This document shows, one piece after another, positions 1-11,210 of a stretch of DNA of 41,304 nt. Position 1 is the first letter of the stretch, and every line of letters starts with the position of its first letter. Position numbers and translations under genes: made by a program. The stretch lies in assembly GCA_001600815.1 (NCBI GenBank), contig BCKZ01000037.1, positions 62,001 through 103,304 of the forward strand, written 5' to 3'. The DNA is from Alloascoidea hylecoeti (lineage: Eukaryota). Below the pieces are notes generated by a model. The model was given only the letters and a program-made list of their open reading frames with translations. It was not told the origin of the DNA and ran no database searches.

Positions 1-1749
1 TAAAGATCTAATTGATTTAATTGGCATTGTTGTATCTGGTTTGAATTCAGAATCTTCTTTTGCATCTTTTGGAGTTGCAGTGAATTTTTTAACAGAAACA
101 ATAATTTGTTCAGCTCTTGGATCAAATCCACTATTAACATAAGTTAGTTATCATGATCATGAAAAAATTAGTATGAAGAATACTTACACTCCCTTTGATA
201 AACCTAAAACAATTCTATCAACTAAATCACCCCAACCTTTATTATCAGGACTTGGATCATTAACACCTAAATAACTTCCGAACATTTTAATAACAAATTC
301 ATTTTCAGAACCTTCATTTTGTCTAAAAACTCTACAAATATCAGCAACACCAGCAGCAATACCTCTTTTTAAACGTTTTGATTTTGGTTTCTCCTGTATA
401 CCTTTTTCATTAATTTTAATTTGTAAGTTTTTTGGTAAAACATGAATTTCTTCAGTTAATATAGCAACTAAATAAATTCTATCCTTTTCATATTCACATG
501 ATGGTATATTTTTAAATAACGCAGCAGAAATATCTTGTACAAAAAAACCTTCAGGATTAATATTAACAGCAAATGATTCAGTTAAAATTTTTTTTTTATT
601 TCTTAAATGTAAATAAGCAGTTAAACCAATCATTTCTTTTCTATCACCATCAATATTTAATTTTGAATTTTTATTTTGAACATCTTTTACATCAACCAAT
701 ATATGACATGGTAAATAATTTTTATCTTGTTGTTCAAATTTTAAAACAGATGGATAATTTTGAAATAATGCCATTCTTTCTTGTTGAATTGATATTTTAA
801 ATGGAGAATCTGAATAATCTAACATTTTACCTTTTCCAATATCAATTGATGGATCTCTTGCAATAATTGGTTTATTTTCATAAGGTAAAGTATTATTTAT
901 AATTTTAACACCATAATTTAATAACCAAACACATTTTTTTCTTGCAACATCTAATTCATAAATTGTAAATAAATTATGCAATAATTGAGCACCAATTGTT
1001 CTTAGTTCATTTATAATATCAACTAATTTATTAAATGGGGTATATTCGCCATCAAGATAAAATTTATAAACATAATTTTCAGACCAATCTTTAATTGCAG
1101 AACGAATTTCATCAACTAATGGTTCATGAGATAATTTTTTATCATCATCAACTTTTAAACCTGGAATTACAGGTCTATTTGGTTTTTGAAAGTTTTGTAT
1201 TATCATTTGATTTGAATTTGAATGTGGGATTGTATTTGTTGTTGGAGGAAAAGAATCGAATTTTTCATTATCTAATACAGAATTCATAATGGTATCAGTT
1301 GAAGCAGAAGATGATTGATCTGATATAGTTGCATTTGATACAGTTGAAGCATGTGACTTTGCTTTCAACATGTTTAAATTTGAAGGATCGATCAAAGGTT
1401 TACCAACAGATTCAAAGATATGAACATGATCCAATGGTACAATGGCAAGAGTGATTTTCATCTTTGTACCAACGGATTTCTTTGATTTTGGTTTTTGAGA
1501 GTTTTTGCGAACAGATAAATCAGTTGAAATATCAACAGCAGTTAAAAAGAAAGAAGGAGCTGGTTGGGTTAAAACATAAGCACGACCCCATTTCTTAGTC
1601 GGATCTTCCTCAAAAATATATAGTTCATCGCCAATAGCCAAATCAACAAACAGGGATTCTTTTTGTTGTGGTGCAGCAGGCACATGCCACGGATGGACGA
1701 CCCGGGCGTGGGCCAACAACGGCAGAGGAGTCCACGGGGTGGCGGTCAT
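1..1749 (-). CDS. DCK1: DOCK-family Rho/Rac GEF (Dck1-like), N-terminal part; exon 1749-188, intron 187-131, exon 130-<1, continues off the window
   Basis: The ORF begins MTATPWTPLP followed by an SH3-like segment (LAIGDELYIFEE...WGRAY), then DOCK N-terminal motifs (PLVDEIRSAIKDW, RGIAAGVADI, NKGWGDLVDRI). The ORF-track stop is removed by a 57-nt intron (GTAAGT...AACTAAC...TAG), giving ...KGVGFDPRAEQIIVSVKKF. Confidence 0.88.
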
Positions 1750-1852
1750 TACAAAAGCGAAGTTGTGTGTGTGTGAATTGAGATGGTGAAGAAGAGAAAA
1801 GGAGGAGGAAAGATATAAAGGTAAAAGCATTGTAAGGCGGGAAAGATCCACA

Positions 1853-1860
1853 GTCACGTG
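1853..1860. promoter_or_regulatory. Cbf1/bHLH E-box GTCACGTG upstream of DCK1
   Basis: Exact RTCACGTG match ~100 bp upstream of the DCK1 ATG; function inferred. Confidence 0.4.
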
Positions 1861-3641
1861 GGGATGCATGGGGATGTTTGGGGTCTTCTGCATTACCGAG
1901 TGAAGGCAACTACATCTACTTGCAGTTTGACACTTTGATCAAGAAGTTTGCCGAATTGTTACTACACCTCAGAATGTGTAGGTGGAAGAATCCCAACATC
2001 GATTGGTATATACTTGTTGAAAGGAGTCAGGAGTTGACATATATTTCATTGATGTTTTGATCTATAACTTTTTTAGGTTTATCGAACGTTTTTTTATAAC
2101 CTACATTCATCCTTGGATCCATTCTTTTACTTCATGGAATCTTCTTATCATGCCGTTATATTACAACAATATCATGATTTTTAATGTTATATGCCGGAGC
2201 GCAGCCGTAAATAAACAATTGGGATTATAAATGTTTCTTCTTTTTGCAATTCAACAAATTTAAAACAGGAATTAACAACTGTGTGCGTTGATGGATGTTG
2301 TAAAAATTTTAAAGCAAATTGTAGCATCTGACGAGTCACAGTAAATAATCGATCAAATTGAAAATACAGTGTTTCGAGCTCGTCCATACCTCAAGAGTTC
2401 CAACTTCTTCTAATTCCGAGATTGTACCATTCTTATGCAGGATTACTCAGCAATGTAGCAATGGGATGCCCCAAGGCCATGTACTATGTAGCAATAGTGA
2501 ATAAAAGCTATTGATGACGATATCGATGCTTGAAAATGATATATCATAGCAATTGTACAATTGTGATCTATTATTTTCAGCCACTTATAATATTTCAACA
2601 TAAGACCACGGCCGTCTGTCATATGCAAGTTTAAAGCGTTCAACTCAGGCTGGTCAACAAACTTATGATCTCCTGTTTACATCCATTCAGCAGCTATAGA
2701 CAAGTTAATTATAAGGAGCGGTAATCCTCATTAATATCCTTCTTATTTTGAAGTTAATATTTAAGAAGATGTCGTGAATTCTGCCATGATACACGTAAAA
2801 TTATAGATCTTACTCGTATACGTATCTGAAACTTTGCATCTGTCTAATATTACTACACTCGCAACTGCAGCGGTTTTCAGCTAGTATAAGCCTATAGATC
2901 AATAGTTTCGATTGATAATATATAATTTTGGATATCTTATTGCACACTTGAGTAGTTCAACATATGATACTTTTCACGAAATTAATATCTAATATGTAAT
3001 TGAGTAAATGATTAGAAATAATAAGTTCTAACAATTTCAATTCCCAAGAAATAAGAGTATGAGAAAACCTTATAGAATATATATTTTAGAAAAAATTAGA
3101 AAATCTTGGCTTGATTGAGAACGGAATGATCACAAATATTAAGTGGAATCTATTTACGGCAAATACCACAATATGTTTTAAAAATAAAAAATTGAAAGAA
3201 AGGTACATTATTATTAGTATTGTAATTGTAATTATAATTTTTCCATTAACGCCATATAATGTGAATCATTTCCAATGTGGGGAATTATTCAGCACATACT
3301 TATAATGATCACAAAAGTTAAGAAGTATATTTCAGTCATGACTACTACTAGATATTTATGATCAAGTTCTCTTACATGACAAAGTATTGGAAGAAGAGTA
3401 TATTATTACCCTGCTAGATACATCTAGAACCGGATGGATGTTCTCTTTAATGTCGGTGAAACTACAAGCAAATAAAACAAGGGTGTTGAGTTACCTAATG
3501 AGACCATTGAGGGAAAAAACAATAACTTAATAATAAAAAATACTAGCCAAAAAATTAAATAATCGATATCGGCCAACTTTGTGGGGCGGCCTTGCTTACC
3601 TTAAACTTTAGATAACAGTAGGTACTTCATTTTCAGTGAAC

Positions 3642-3701
3642 ATCACGTGACTATGTAGTCCGGGTAAACGACCAAAAGTTACCACTGAAATAATTGCCAC
3701 C
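3642..3701. promoter_or_regulatory. RPN13 promoter cluster: Cbf1 site (ATCACGTGAC, 3642-3651), Reb1 site (CCGGGTAA, 3660-3667), PACE/Rpn4-like site (GGTGGCAAT on minus, 3693-3701)
   Basis: Three known yeast consensus motifs lie within ~100 bp of a proteasome gene ATG; PACE (GGTGGCAAA) is the established proteasome regulon element. Confidence 0.7.
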
Positions 3702-3743
3702 TTAAACTAAACAACCACAATTATAACAAAAATCAATCATATA

Positions 3744-4873
3744 ATGTCAGAACCATTACTTCAATTTAAAGCGGGAAGAGTTGATTATGATGAATCACAA
3801 CATTTAGCCACCCCATTACCAGAAAAAGGTCAAGTTACAATCTCTAGGTCTGAAGAAGATCCAACATTTATTAATTTTATATGGGAATTACGTGGTAAAA
3901 ACAGTACAAGAGAATTTGAAGAAGATAAAGAAGAATTATTATTATTTCCTGGTGATGCATCATGGAAACATGTTAAACAATGTAATACTGGTAGAGTATA
4001 TTGTTTAAAATTTGCATCAAGTGGTCATAAAACATTATTTTGGTTACAAAGTTTAGGTGACAATAAAGACAAAGATAAAGATTTTAAAAATAATGAATTA
4101 AGAGAAAGTGATTTAAAAATTTCAGAAACTTTAACTAAATTATTGGATGAAAGTGTTTTAGAAGGAATTGATGAAGAAGTTAGTGAAATTGAAGATGAAG
4201 ATCTAAATCCAAAGGATAATATTGAAGATGATGGAGATGTTGAAATGGGTGAATCTACTTCAAATCAAACTCCAGCAAATAGAAGGTAAGTTACTTCCTC
4301 TTCTAATCTCTATAACAATGCATTTATGATTTAATTTTCATATTAACATAGCCTAGCTGAACGGATTAAAAGCACTTATACAATATTGTTAGCTAATCCC
4401 TTTATGCATTAATATTTTATGTTATAAAAATTCATAGTAATAATATATTAATATATTTTTTTTACTTTCTTTCCAGTGAATTAGCGAATTATCTTCAGAA
4501 TATGTTACAACAACAACAAACATCATCACCAACGGAACGCAATGTTCCAATTGAATCGATTTCAAAAGTTATTTCCATTTCACAATTTGCCAATTATGTT
4601 TTCAAGCTATCAGATGATGAATTAAAACCGTTATTCAGATTCTTACCCGATGGCATTGAACATAGCAAACCAGAGTTAATTAGAGTAATTCAGAGTCCTT
4701 TTTTCTTAAACAGTTTGGAAACGTTTAGCTCAGCACTAAGAGAGGTGGGTACTGGGGTTGGCAGTGTCGTGGCACATGAGCTGGGGTATGAGTACCAGGG
4801 GGAGGGGATCGAAGGGTTTCTGGAAGGGACCAGGAAACAGGGCAAAAAGGAACAGGAGAAGGAAGATAAGTAA
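3744..4873 (+). CDS. RPN13: Proteasome ubiquitin receptor Rpn13/ADRM1 with Pru domain and C-terminal UCH37-binding (DEUBAD-like) domain; exons 3744-4285 and 4477-4873
   Basis: Pru motifs FKAGRVDYD...P.PEKG...F.W...LLLFPGDA...TGRVY.LKF.SS...FWLQ. Intron 4286-4476 (GTAAGT...CCAG) joins the two ORF-track ORFs in frame (NRSELANYLQNMLQQ). Exon 2 has IQSPFFLNSLETFSSALR, resembling ADRM1 SPQFQQAL..FS.AL. Confidence 0.9.
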
Positions 4874-4970
4874 ATAATATAGTGGTTCGGCAGAAGGAAG
4901 CCGGCGAATGGATTCACGTAATAAAATTTAAAAAATAGAGCGCGGCTCATGTACGAGTTCCCAGCCGAGA

Positions 4971-4988
4971 CACGTGCTGACTCAGCAC
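4971..4988. promoter_or_regulatory. Overlapping E-box (CACGTG) and extended AP-1/Gcn4-type palindrome GTGCTGACTCAGCAC
   Basis: 15-bp odd palindrome (4974-4988) centred on TGACTCA, ~115 bp upstream of the Zn2Cys6 gene ATG. Confidence 0.5.
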
Positions 4989-5102
4989 TTACCAATTGCA
5001 AGTATTTAACTACTGTACGTTGCTGTTTTTTTGCTTTTCGTCGTTTTGCTGTTTGGCTGTTTCTCTCCTCTTTTAGATTTGTATTACCGTTTCCGTCCAA
5101 AA

Positions 5103-7040
5103 ATGCCCAAAACTTCTTCTTCCTCTTCAACTCCATCGGACTCTTCAAATACTATGATCAACATAATCGACTGTCATGATCACCATGCTGTTAGGAAAAG
5201 AAGGGTCGGGAAAGCCTGCGATCCTTGTCGGATTAAAAAGACTAAAGTATGTATCCTCAAAACATTTATATCAATCTTCATTCTAACATTTTATATACAG
5301 TGCGATGGCCATCATCCGTGTCATAGATGCATCCTAGATAATAAAATATGTACTTATTCTGACAGGAAGAAAACAAAAGATAAAACTTATCCATCTGGTT
5401 ATGTTGAGTTGTTAGAAACAAGAATTGATTTATTGAGTAGAGCATTAGAAAAATTAGTTGATTTGTCAATTAATAATAAAGATTTATCATTTCTAAAAAA
5501 TTCAACATCATCAACTGCTGGAAATAACAATAAAAATTTTAGTATTAATTGGGTGATTGAATTATTAATCAATGAATTTCAAAGTACGAATACGAATTCA
5601 ACAAATGACGATAATGAAAATCAATTATTAATATCTGCAAGGAGGAATTTAAATGTTCTTGTTAAACAACAAATGAATTCTCCTTCTCCTACAACTGATT
5701 CAAATACAAATGATGATGAATCGATTGATATCAAAGATGAAAATAATAATGAAATTGAAAATGAAAATGAAAATGAAAATGAAAATTTAATTGAATTAGA
5801 AAAAGAAAAATTAAAACAAAAAGATAAATTAAAAAAACAAAATAGAAAATCAATTACAATGAAAACTGGTACAAGAGGTCGTCCCCGAAAAGATTCAACA
5901 ATCCGAACCATTCGAAGACAAAGCCCATCCCTATCAATAAAACAAGAATTCTCCCAAGATAGCAATCATGACACCAAAACATCACCAACAAAATTAAATA
6001 AACCAAAAGAATTAAATGATTTAGATACAAATTTATTGAATTTAGGTATAACAACATTAGGGTTAGGATCACTGGGACCATATCAATCAGGTGCTGCAAT
6101 TGCAGCAGCAGCAATGAATGGTAGTCTTTCAATGTCTGATTTTGAAGGCTCACTATCTGATAATGGTTATAATTCTCCTTTATGCACTTCTCCTTTTAGT
6201 GAAAATGAATTTTCAATTCCTATTTTCAATCATAATAATAATAATAATAATAATAATAGTATAAGTTCAAATTTAAATCAAGTACAAAATCAAGATCAGT
6301 TACAACAAGGCGTTTTAAATAATGGTAATGGTAATGGTAATGTTAATGGAGGAAATAACGCGGAATATTTCGATTCTTTTTCAAATTTAGGTTTTTCAAA
6401 TGATTTTAGAACAGAAACTTTTAAAAGCCTCGGAAGATCAAATTCCCTTTCAAGTCATTCAAGATTATCATCATCAAATAGTATTAAAAATGATTCAAAT
6501 TTATCATCATCATCATCAACAAACAATATAGATGGTTATATTCATAAACCATCATATAGAGAATCAATTGAATCATTAAATAAAGATTTTACATTATATC
6601 CAAATTCAAATTCAAATTCATCAACCAATTCAAATTCAAATCCAAATCCACCATCATTATTTCCACTGAAAAAATCATCTTCTTTAGGTAATATTAATAA
6701 AGAAAGATTTCATAAGAGGAAAGTATCAAGACATATTCATGATATAACACCAACTATTTCAACAAATAAAGAAAAAGAAATAAATGATTTAACAATTAAT
6801 ACAAATACAAATAATTCAAATAATTCAAATAATATTGATAATTCAAATATGGATAATGATATTGATATTGATATGGATAATAAAAAAAATATTAATATTG
6901 ATTTAATTAATTCAAATTTGGATGATTTATGGTTATATAATCCATCATTATCAACAATGACAATATCACCACAATTAACAAATTTAAATTCAGTAAGTTC
7001 AAATAATAATGATTTATGGGCAAAAGAACAAGAATTTTAA
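5103..7040 (+). CDS. FCR1: Zn(II)2Cys6 transcription factor, Fcr1-like; exons 5103-5246 and 5301-7040
   Basis: After removing a 54-nt intron (GTATGT...TTCTAAC...CAG) the cluster reads RKRRVGKACDPCRIKKTKCDGHHPCHRCILDNKIC, followed by PSGYVELLETRIDLLSRALEKL as in Candida Fcr1-type factors. The tail is long, N/S-rich and low complexity. Confidence 0.8.
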   Translation: MPKTSSSSSTPSDSSNTMINIIDCHDHHAVRKRRVGKACDPCRIKKTKVCILKTFISIFILTFYIQCDGHHPCHRCILDNKICTYSDRKKTKDKTYPSGYVELLETRIDLLSRALEKLVDLSINNKDLSFLKNSTSSTAGNNNKNFSINWVIELLINEFQSTNTNSTNDDNENQLLISARRNLNVLVKQQMNSPSPTTDSNTNDDESIDIKDENNNEIENENENENENLIELEKEKLKQKDKLKKQNRKSITMKTGTRGRPRKDSTIRTIRRQSPSLSIKQEFSQDSNHDTKTSPTKLNKPKELNDLDTNLLNLGITTLGLGSLGPYQSGAAIAAAAMNGSLSMSDFEGSLSDNGYNSPLCTSPFSENEFSIPIFNHNNNNNNNNSISSNLNQVQNQDQLQQGVLNNGNGNGNVNGGNNAEYFDSFSNLGFSNDFRTETFKSLGRSNSLSSHSRLSSSNSIKNDSNLSSSSSTNNIDGYIHKPSYRESIESLNKDFTLYPNSNSNSSTNSNSNPNPPSLFPLKKSSSLGNINKERFHKRKVSRHIHDITPTISTNKEKEINDLTINTNTNNSNNSNNIDNSNMDNDIDIDMDNKKNINIDLINSNLDDLWLYNPSLSTMTISPQLTNLNSVSSNNNDLWAKEQEF

Positions 7041-8573
7041 TTTGTTGCTTTTCATACCACCAATATAGTATTATTTATGATAATGATGATGATAGTTCTT
7101 TATGGTTTTCACTTTTAATTTTTTTTCTTCTTGACTAACAATTTAATAACTTTATAAATTGTTTTCGCTATTAATATTTTTTTTTAAATCATAGGCATAT
7201 TATACATAATATATAATATTATATTATTATTTTTTTTTTTTTCTTTCTCTTTTATCTATCTTTTATTAAGGTTAATTTTTTATATTTTTTTTTTTTTAAT
7301 TTTTAACACATCTTCAAATCTTTATAATTATTCATTTAATTTTGTATATTATAAAATTATGAATTGAAGGTATATATATATTTTTATATTTTTATTTTTA
7401 TATAAATAAGAAATTTGGAAAATAGAATCATGGTTTAGTTTTTAAAAATGGGGCTTTTAATATAAATAAATTGAAAAAAACACAAAAAAAAAACAAATAA
7501 CGTTTTTAATTTTGGTGTGAAACATAGTGAAACATAGTGAATATAAGTAAAACAACGGAAATTAGATAAACGTCAATATTAAAAAGGAAAAAATTTAAAT
7601 CTAAACAATCCTATGTTTATGAAGAAGAAGAATATGTGTTATAAGTGCCATGTAAAGTTGTAAACACAAGTCTAGAAAGACCAGAACACCCTCAGCTGAA
7701 AACTAAGTCCACCAATATATTCAATTTCCTGACCGCATTTAATCCGACTCCGGCACATCTCTGTATCAAATTTCTATGAAATGAGCGCATACTTGTGCAT
7801 TCCGTTAACCTGGTTTTAGTACTCATCTCATGATCATGATGACAAAGAATACTTAAGGTTTCTAAGGATTGGATACTTTTTGAAGTCACAAGTTTTACTA
7901 ATTGCGATAATGCGGATATGTCAGCTTATCATCTGAATAGAAAAAAATAGCCTACGTGTGCCCCTCCTTTTTATGACAGTTGTGGAGATTTACAAGCTTA
8001 TAATTTATAATATTATATCGTTACTTTATTCGATTACTTTCACACCCGCCTGGATATAGTGCTTTCACTTAATTTAGCCCATTTAGGAAATATATTGTGA
8101 AAAATAGGTTGTCGCTCATCGTCTTCACCAATTAAACATTTAAAGTTGTAGAGATTTAGATTGTGAAAGAACGCTAACGGTTATACAAGATTGAGGAGAT
8201 ATTCATAACTGTTTAATTAGAAGATAAAACGATCAGCTACGTATAACTTATACCAAATGATAACAAATTATGAGAATATTTGAATTGATTTGGTTTTATC
8301 GGTTTTAAGGGATCATGTTGAGTCATTGTTGACAAATTAGCTGGTTTGTATACGACTTATTCTACATGATGGTCTCACTTTGTACTCCGTTAGCACACTT
8401 TAATAGAATATTTTACAGAATAATGATTTTATGATAATAATAACAAAATCATAAAATCACTTGAATTGTTTTTACTTTTACTAAATATAATTTAAATTTA
8501 TATTTTTGAATTTGCTATATACAAATCTCATCGTATGAGTTTGAGTTTTGATTGTAAATATGAGATATTATAT

Positions 8574-9441
8574 TTATTTTGCTAAAAGGAAAAAAATTAA
8601 AAGATAATTAGTTTCTTGTTTTATTATGCATATAAAGATTGATAAATACTTACCATATGCTTGATCTTGAATAAAATCAATTGCTTGTCCAACTGTTTTA
8701 ATATCATCAGCAACCTTACTATATCCATCAAAAATTATTAAGTTAGTTATTAGAGTCAGTAAAGATTTCCTTTTATTATTAATTGATATTATCAAATTAT
8801 TCAAAGTATTATGATAATAAGGATTATTATAAAGTGAAACATACTCTGGAATTTCAACTTCGAATTCCTATTAATTAATATATGTTAGTTTTTTGTTAAA
8901 AAGACAAGGAGATATTATTATTAACTTACCTCTTCAATGGCAACGAGAACTTCGGCAGTATCTAAAGAATCAAGACCAAGATCCGTGGTGAAAGTAGATT
9001 CAGGGGAAATCTTTTTAAAGAAAAAAGAAAAGTATCAGTATTAGTGTTACTTAATTCTTGATTGATACTTCAATAGTTTTCGACATTTGAAATTAAAATT
9101 GATTTTCAATTCCTTTTATGAAAAATGATTGACAATTTTAGACTTTCAATTGACTAATAATATTTACCTTCTCAACATTTGATGCCTATATTATTCATAT
9201 TTAATTAGTTAAAGAAAAGGACTATTGAAAGATAATTGAGCATTTTAACACATACCCTACTAAAAGCACGTAAAACACCATATATTCTTGTTTCAATCTC
9301 AGGACGTTCCAAAGAATAAAATCGTGATTGAATATTTAAAATTGGTGTGAATCTAATAGATCTAACAATATTATTTGTCATCATTGATCGACGAGCTTGC
9401 ATGGTACAAAGACCAGATAATTTTCCAAAATTTTTGAGCAT
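8574..9441 (-). CDS. ACP1: Mitochondrial acyl carrier protein; 6 exons: 9441-9256, 9185-9168, 9010-8930, 8867-8845, 8718-8654, 8581-8574
   Basis: Spliced product is a mitochondrial-type presequence + ERPEIETRIYGVLRAFSR-ASNVEK-ISPESTFTTDLGLDSLDTAEVLVAIEE-EFEVEIPD-KVADDIKTVGQAIDFIQDQAYAK*. It contains the DLGLDSLD phosphopantetheine motif. All five introns are GT..AG with ACTAAY-type branch points and keep the frame. Confidence 0.92.
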
Positions 9442-10829
9442 CTTTAATAATGTTTGTTTTCCTACTTATAATTGAAGATTTGAAAGGGACAAATTAAAAG
9501 CGAGAGAAAAAACATTTACTAATGGAAGGGTAATTGTTCTTACGTAATTGTTGTTACATCCGTACATTTCTAAGTAACAAGGAAAATACAGTAAAATTCA
9601 CTTAAGTTCGGCCATATCCATGTGCAATTATCGGCCGCATTATTACCGGTATCACCTGTTAATATTCATAACTAGAAGTGCCAAACTCGGCCGAACAATC
9701 TTGGGATAGTTAATAATTATCATGGCCGAATTTAAGTAAACCAGCAATAAGAAAATATTTCTTAGGTATCTTATTTCAAATATATATACTTACGCTTCAA
9801 TATATATTTAAATTCAGACCTTCTTTCTCTCTTTTATTCTTCTGTATCAAAATTTAATTTTTTATAATAATTAGTTTCAAATAATCCTTTAAATTTTCTT
9901 TTGAATTTCTTTATTTTAACACAATTAATTATAAGAAATAACATTGAAATAAAATAACATTAAAATATCAATAAATTAAATTAAATTAAAAGTGAAACAA
10001 ATTTATATTTTGATGAATCTTTGCAATTGTTTAATAAACCATATAATTTTATAATTCTCCTAATGTTTTTAAATCTTGTACACTCACCATTCGTGTCGAC
10101 AGATTTGGTTATACCGAGAAATTCACGCTACTGGGCGTTTAATATATATAATTTGATATTTTTAAAAAATTTTATATTTGTTGATAGATCGGTAATACTG
10201 AGTTAATAACAACATGATATACGTTTGTAATATTAACTTATTGGTGATATTAAGTGAAATCAAAAATAGCTAATTAAAGCTTGTGTAACTCTTCATCCAT
10301 CGGTATCTTCTCTAACTGTGAATTATTCTCTAATTGCATTATACCGGTATAACGTTGACTATAGTGATATTCACTCGGATGTGAGGGTAGAGTAATCAAT
10401 GACCCTTACCCCTATCAGTTCAGAGATAGACATAGAATAAGGAGAAAAAGTCTCCTGAGTCCTTACCATCACCATACAAATAAGTACAAGGAAATTTAAG
10501 TATAAATAGAAGTTTTTGTGATGACTTCTTATTTGAAAATTTCTTATACTTGTTTATGTGGTGTTGATAAGTCTCCTTGATTATTTGGTAACTCCATGTC
10601 TGACTCTACTGCATAGAACATTTTTTCTTGGTTCATCCTCGAGCTCTACAAGATCAGAGATTGCTTCAGTTACTGACATTCGAGGCACGATGGATATTGA
10701 AATAAAAAATATATTAGAAATCTCTCTATTCATATAACCCCGATGTATTTTTCAAGCAATTGTTATATGATCTTTTTCATCTTATCATTATTAATTTATG
10801 TTATTTCCCTCCAATATAGACGCTATAGC

Positions 10830-11210
10830 TTCCGAAGAAACTATTTTTGTCAATCTGAAAACGATTTTATAAGGAAATCTGCTTCCTTTCTTTCATTCTT
10901 ACTGTATCAAGATAATTATGTAAAAAGCTTATAAGCATATATATATATATCTCAAAATAATTGTACTCCAATTCTAATTTAATAGAACGGGCATCCTTGA
11001 TATTTGGGAATTATCTATTAGACAGCACTAGTATGTATTCAGCACTTATTTATTTAGTTCTCTTTAGAGAATCAGTTTTGATATTCGTAAAACACGTTTC
11101 GTATACCGGGTTAACCTTGATTTTAAATAATCCTTACCGGTATTGCCATAGCGGCCCGGTAGATGCACAATGATCTTAATTATGTCAACAGATTAAAGTT
11201 TATATTTATT
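10830..11210 (-). mobile_element. Possible highly decayed Ty1/copia RNase H relic
   Basis: Minus-strand fragments TLIC*HN, LKRTK*ISAEY and EADFLIKSF occur in the order of copia RH motifs (IYCDN, KRTKHIDI.YH, ADILTK.L); many stops and frameshifts. Confidence 0.25.

Noticed and set aside
1750..1893. N-terminal extensions in the ORF track (DCK1 from 1893; also FCR1-like from 5031 and HOG1-like from 17477)
   Set aside because: Family homology starts at ATG 1749 for DCK1; the FCR1-like and HOG1-like track starts are TTG codons lying in upstream or intron sequence.
4317..4410. Intronic C/D snoRNA in the RPN13 intron
   Set aside because: A short terminal stem and one CTGA exist, but there is no proper C box or terminal D box.
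4690..6153. Antisense/overlapping ORFs (4690-5148, 4949-5179, 5621-5965, 5854-6153) and other 60-100 aa ORFs
   Set aside because: Shadows of real genes or low-complexity AT-rich chance ORFs with no recognisable motifs.
8424..8459. 12-bp inverted repeat downstream of ACP1, and a 3x10-bp tandem repeat at 7517-7546
   Set aside because: Very AT-rich and short; plausible by chance or slippage.
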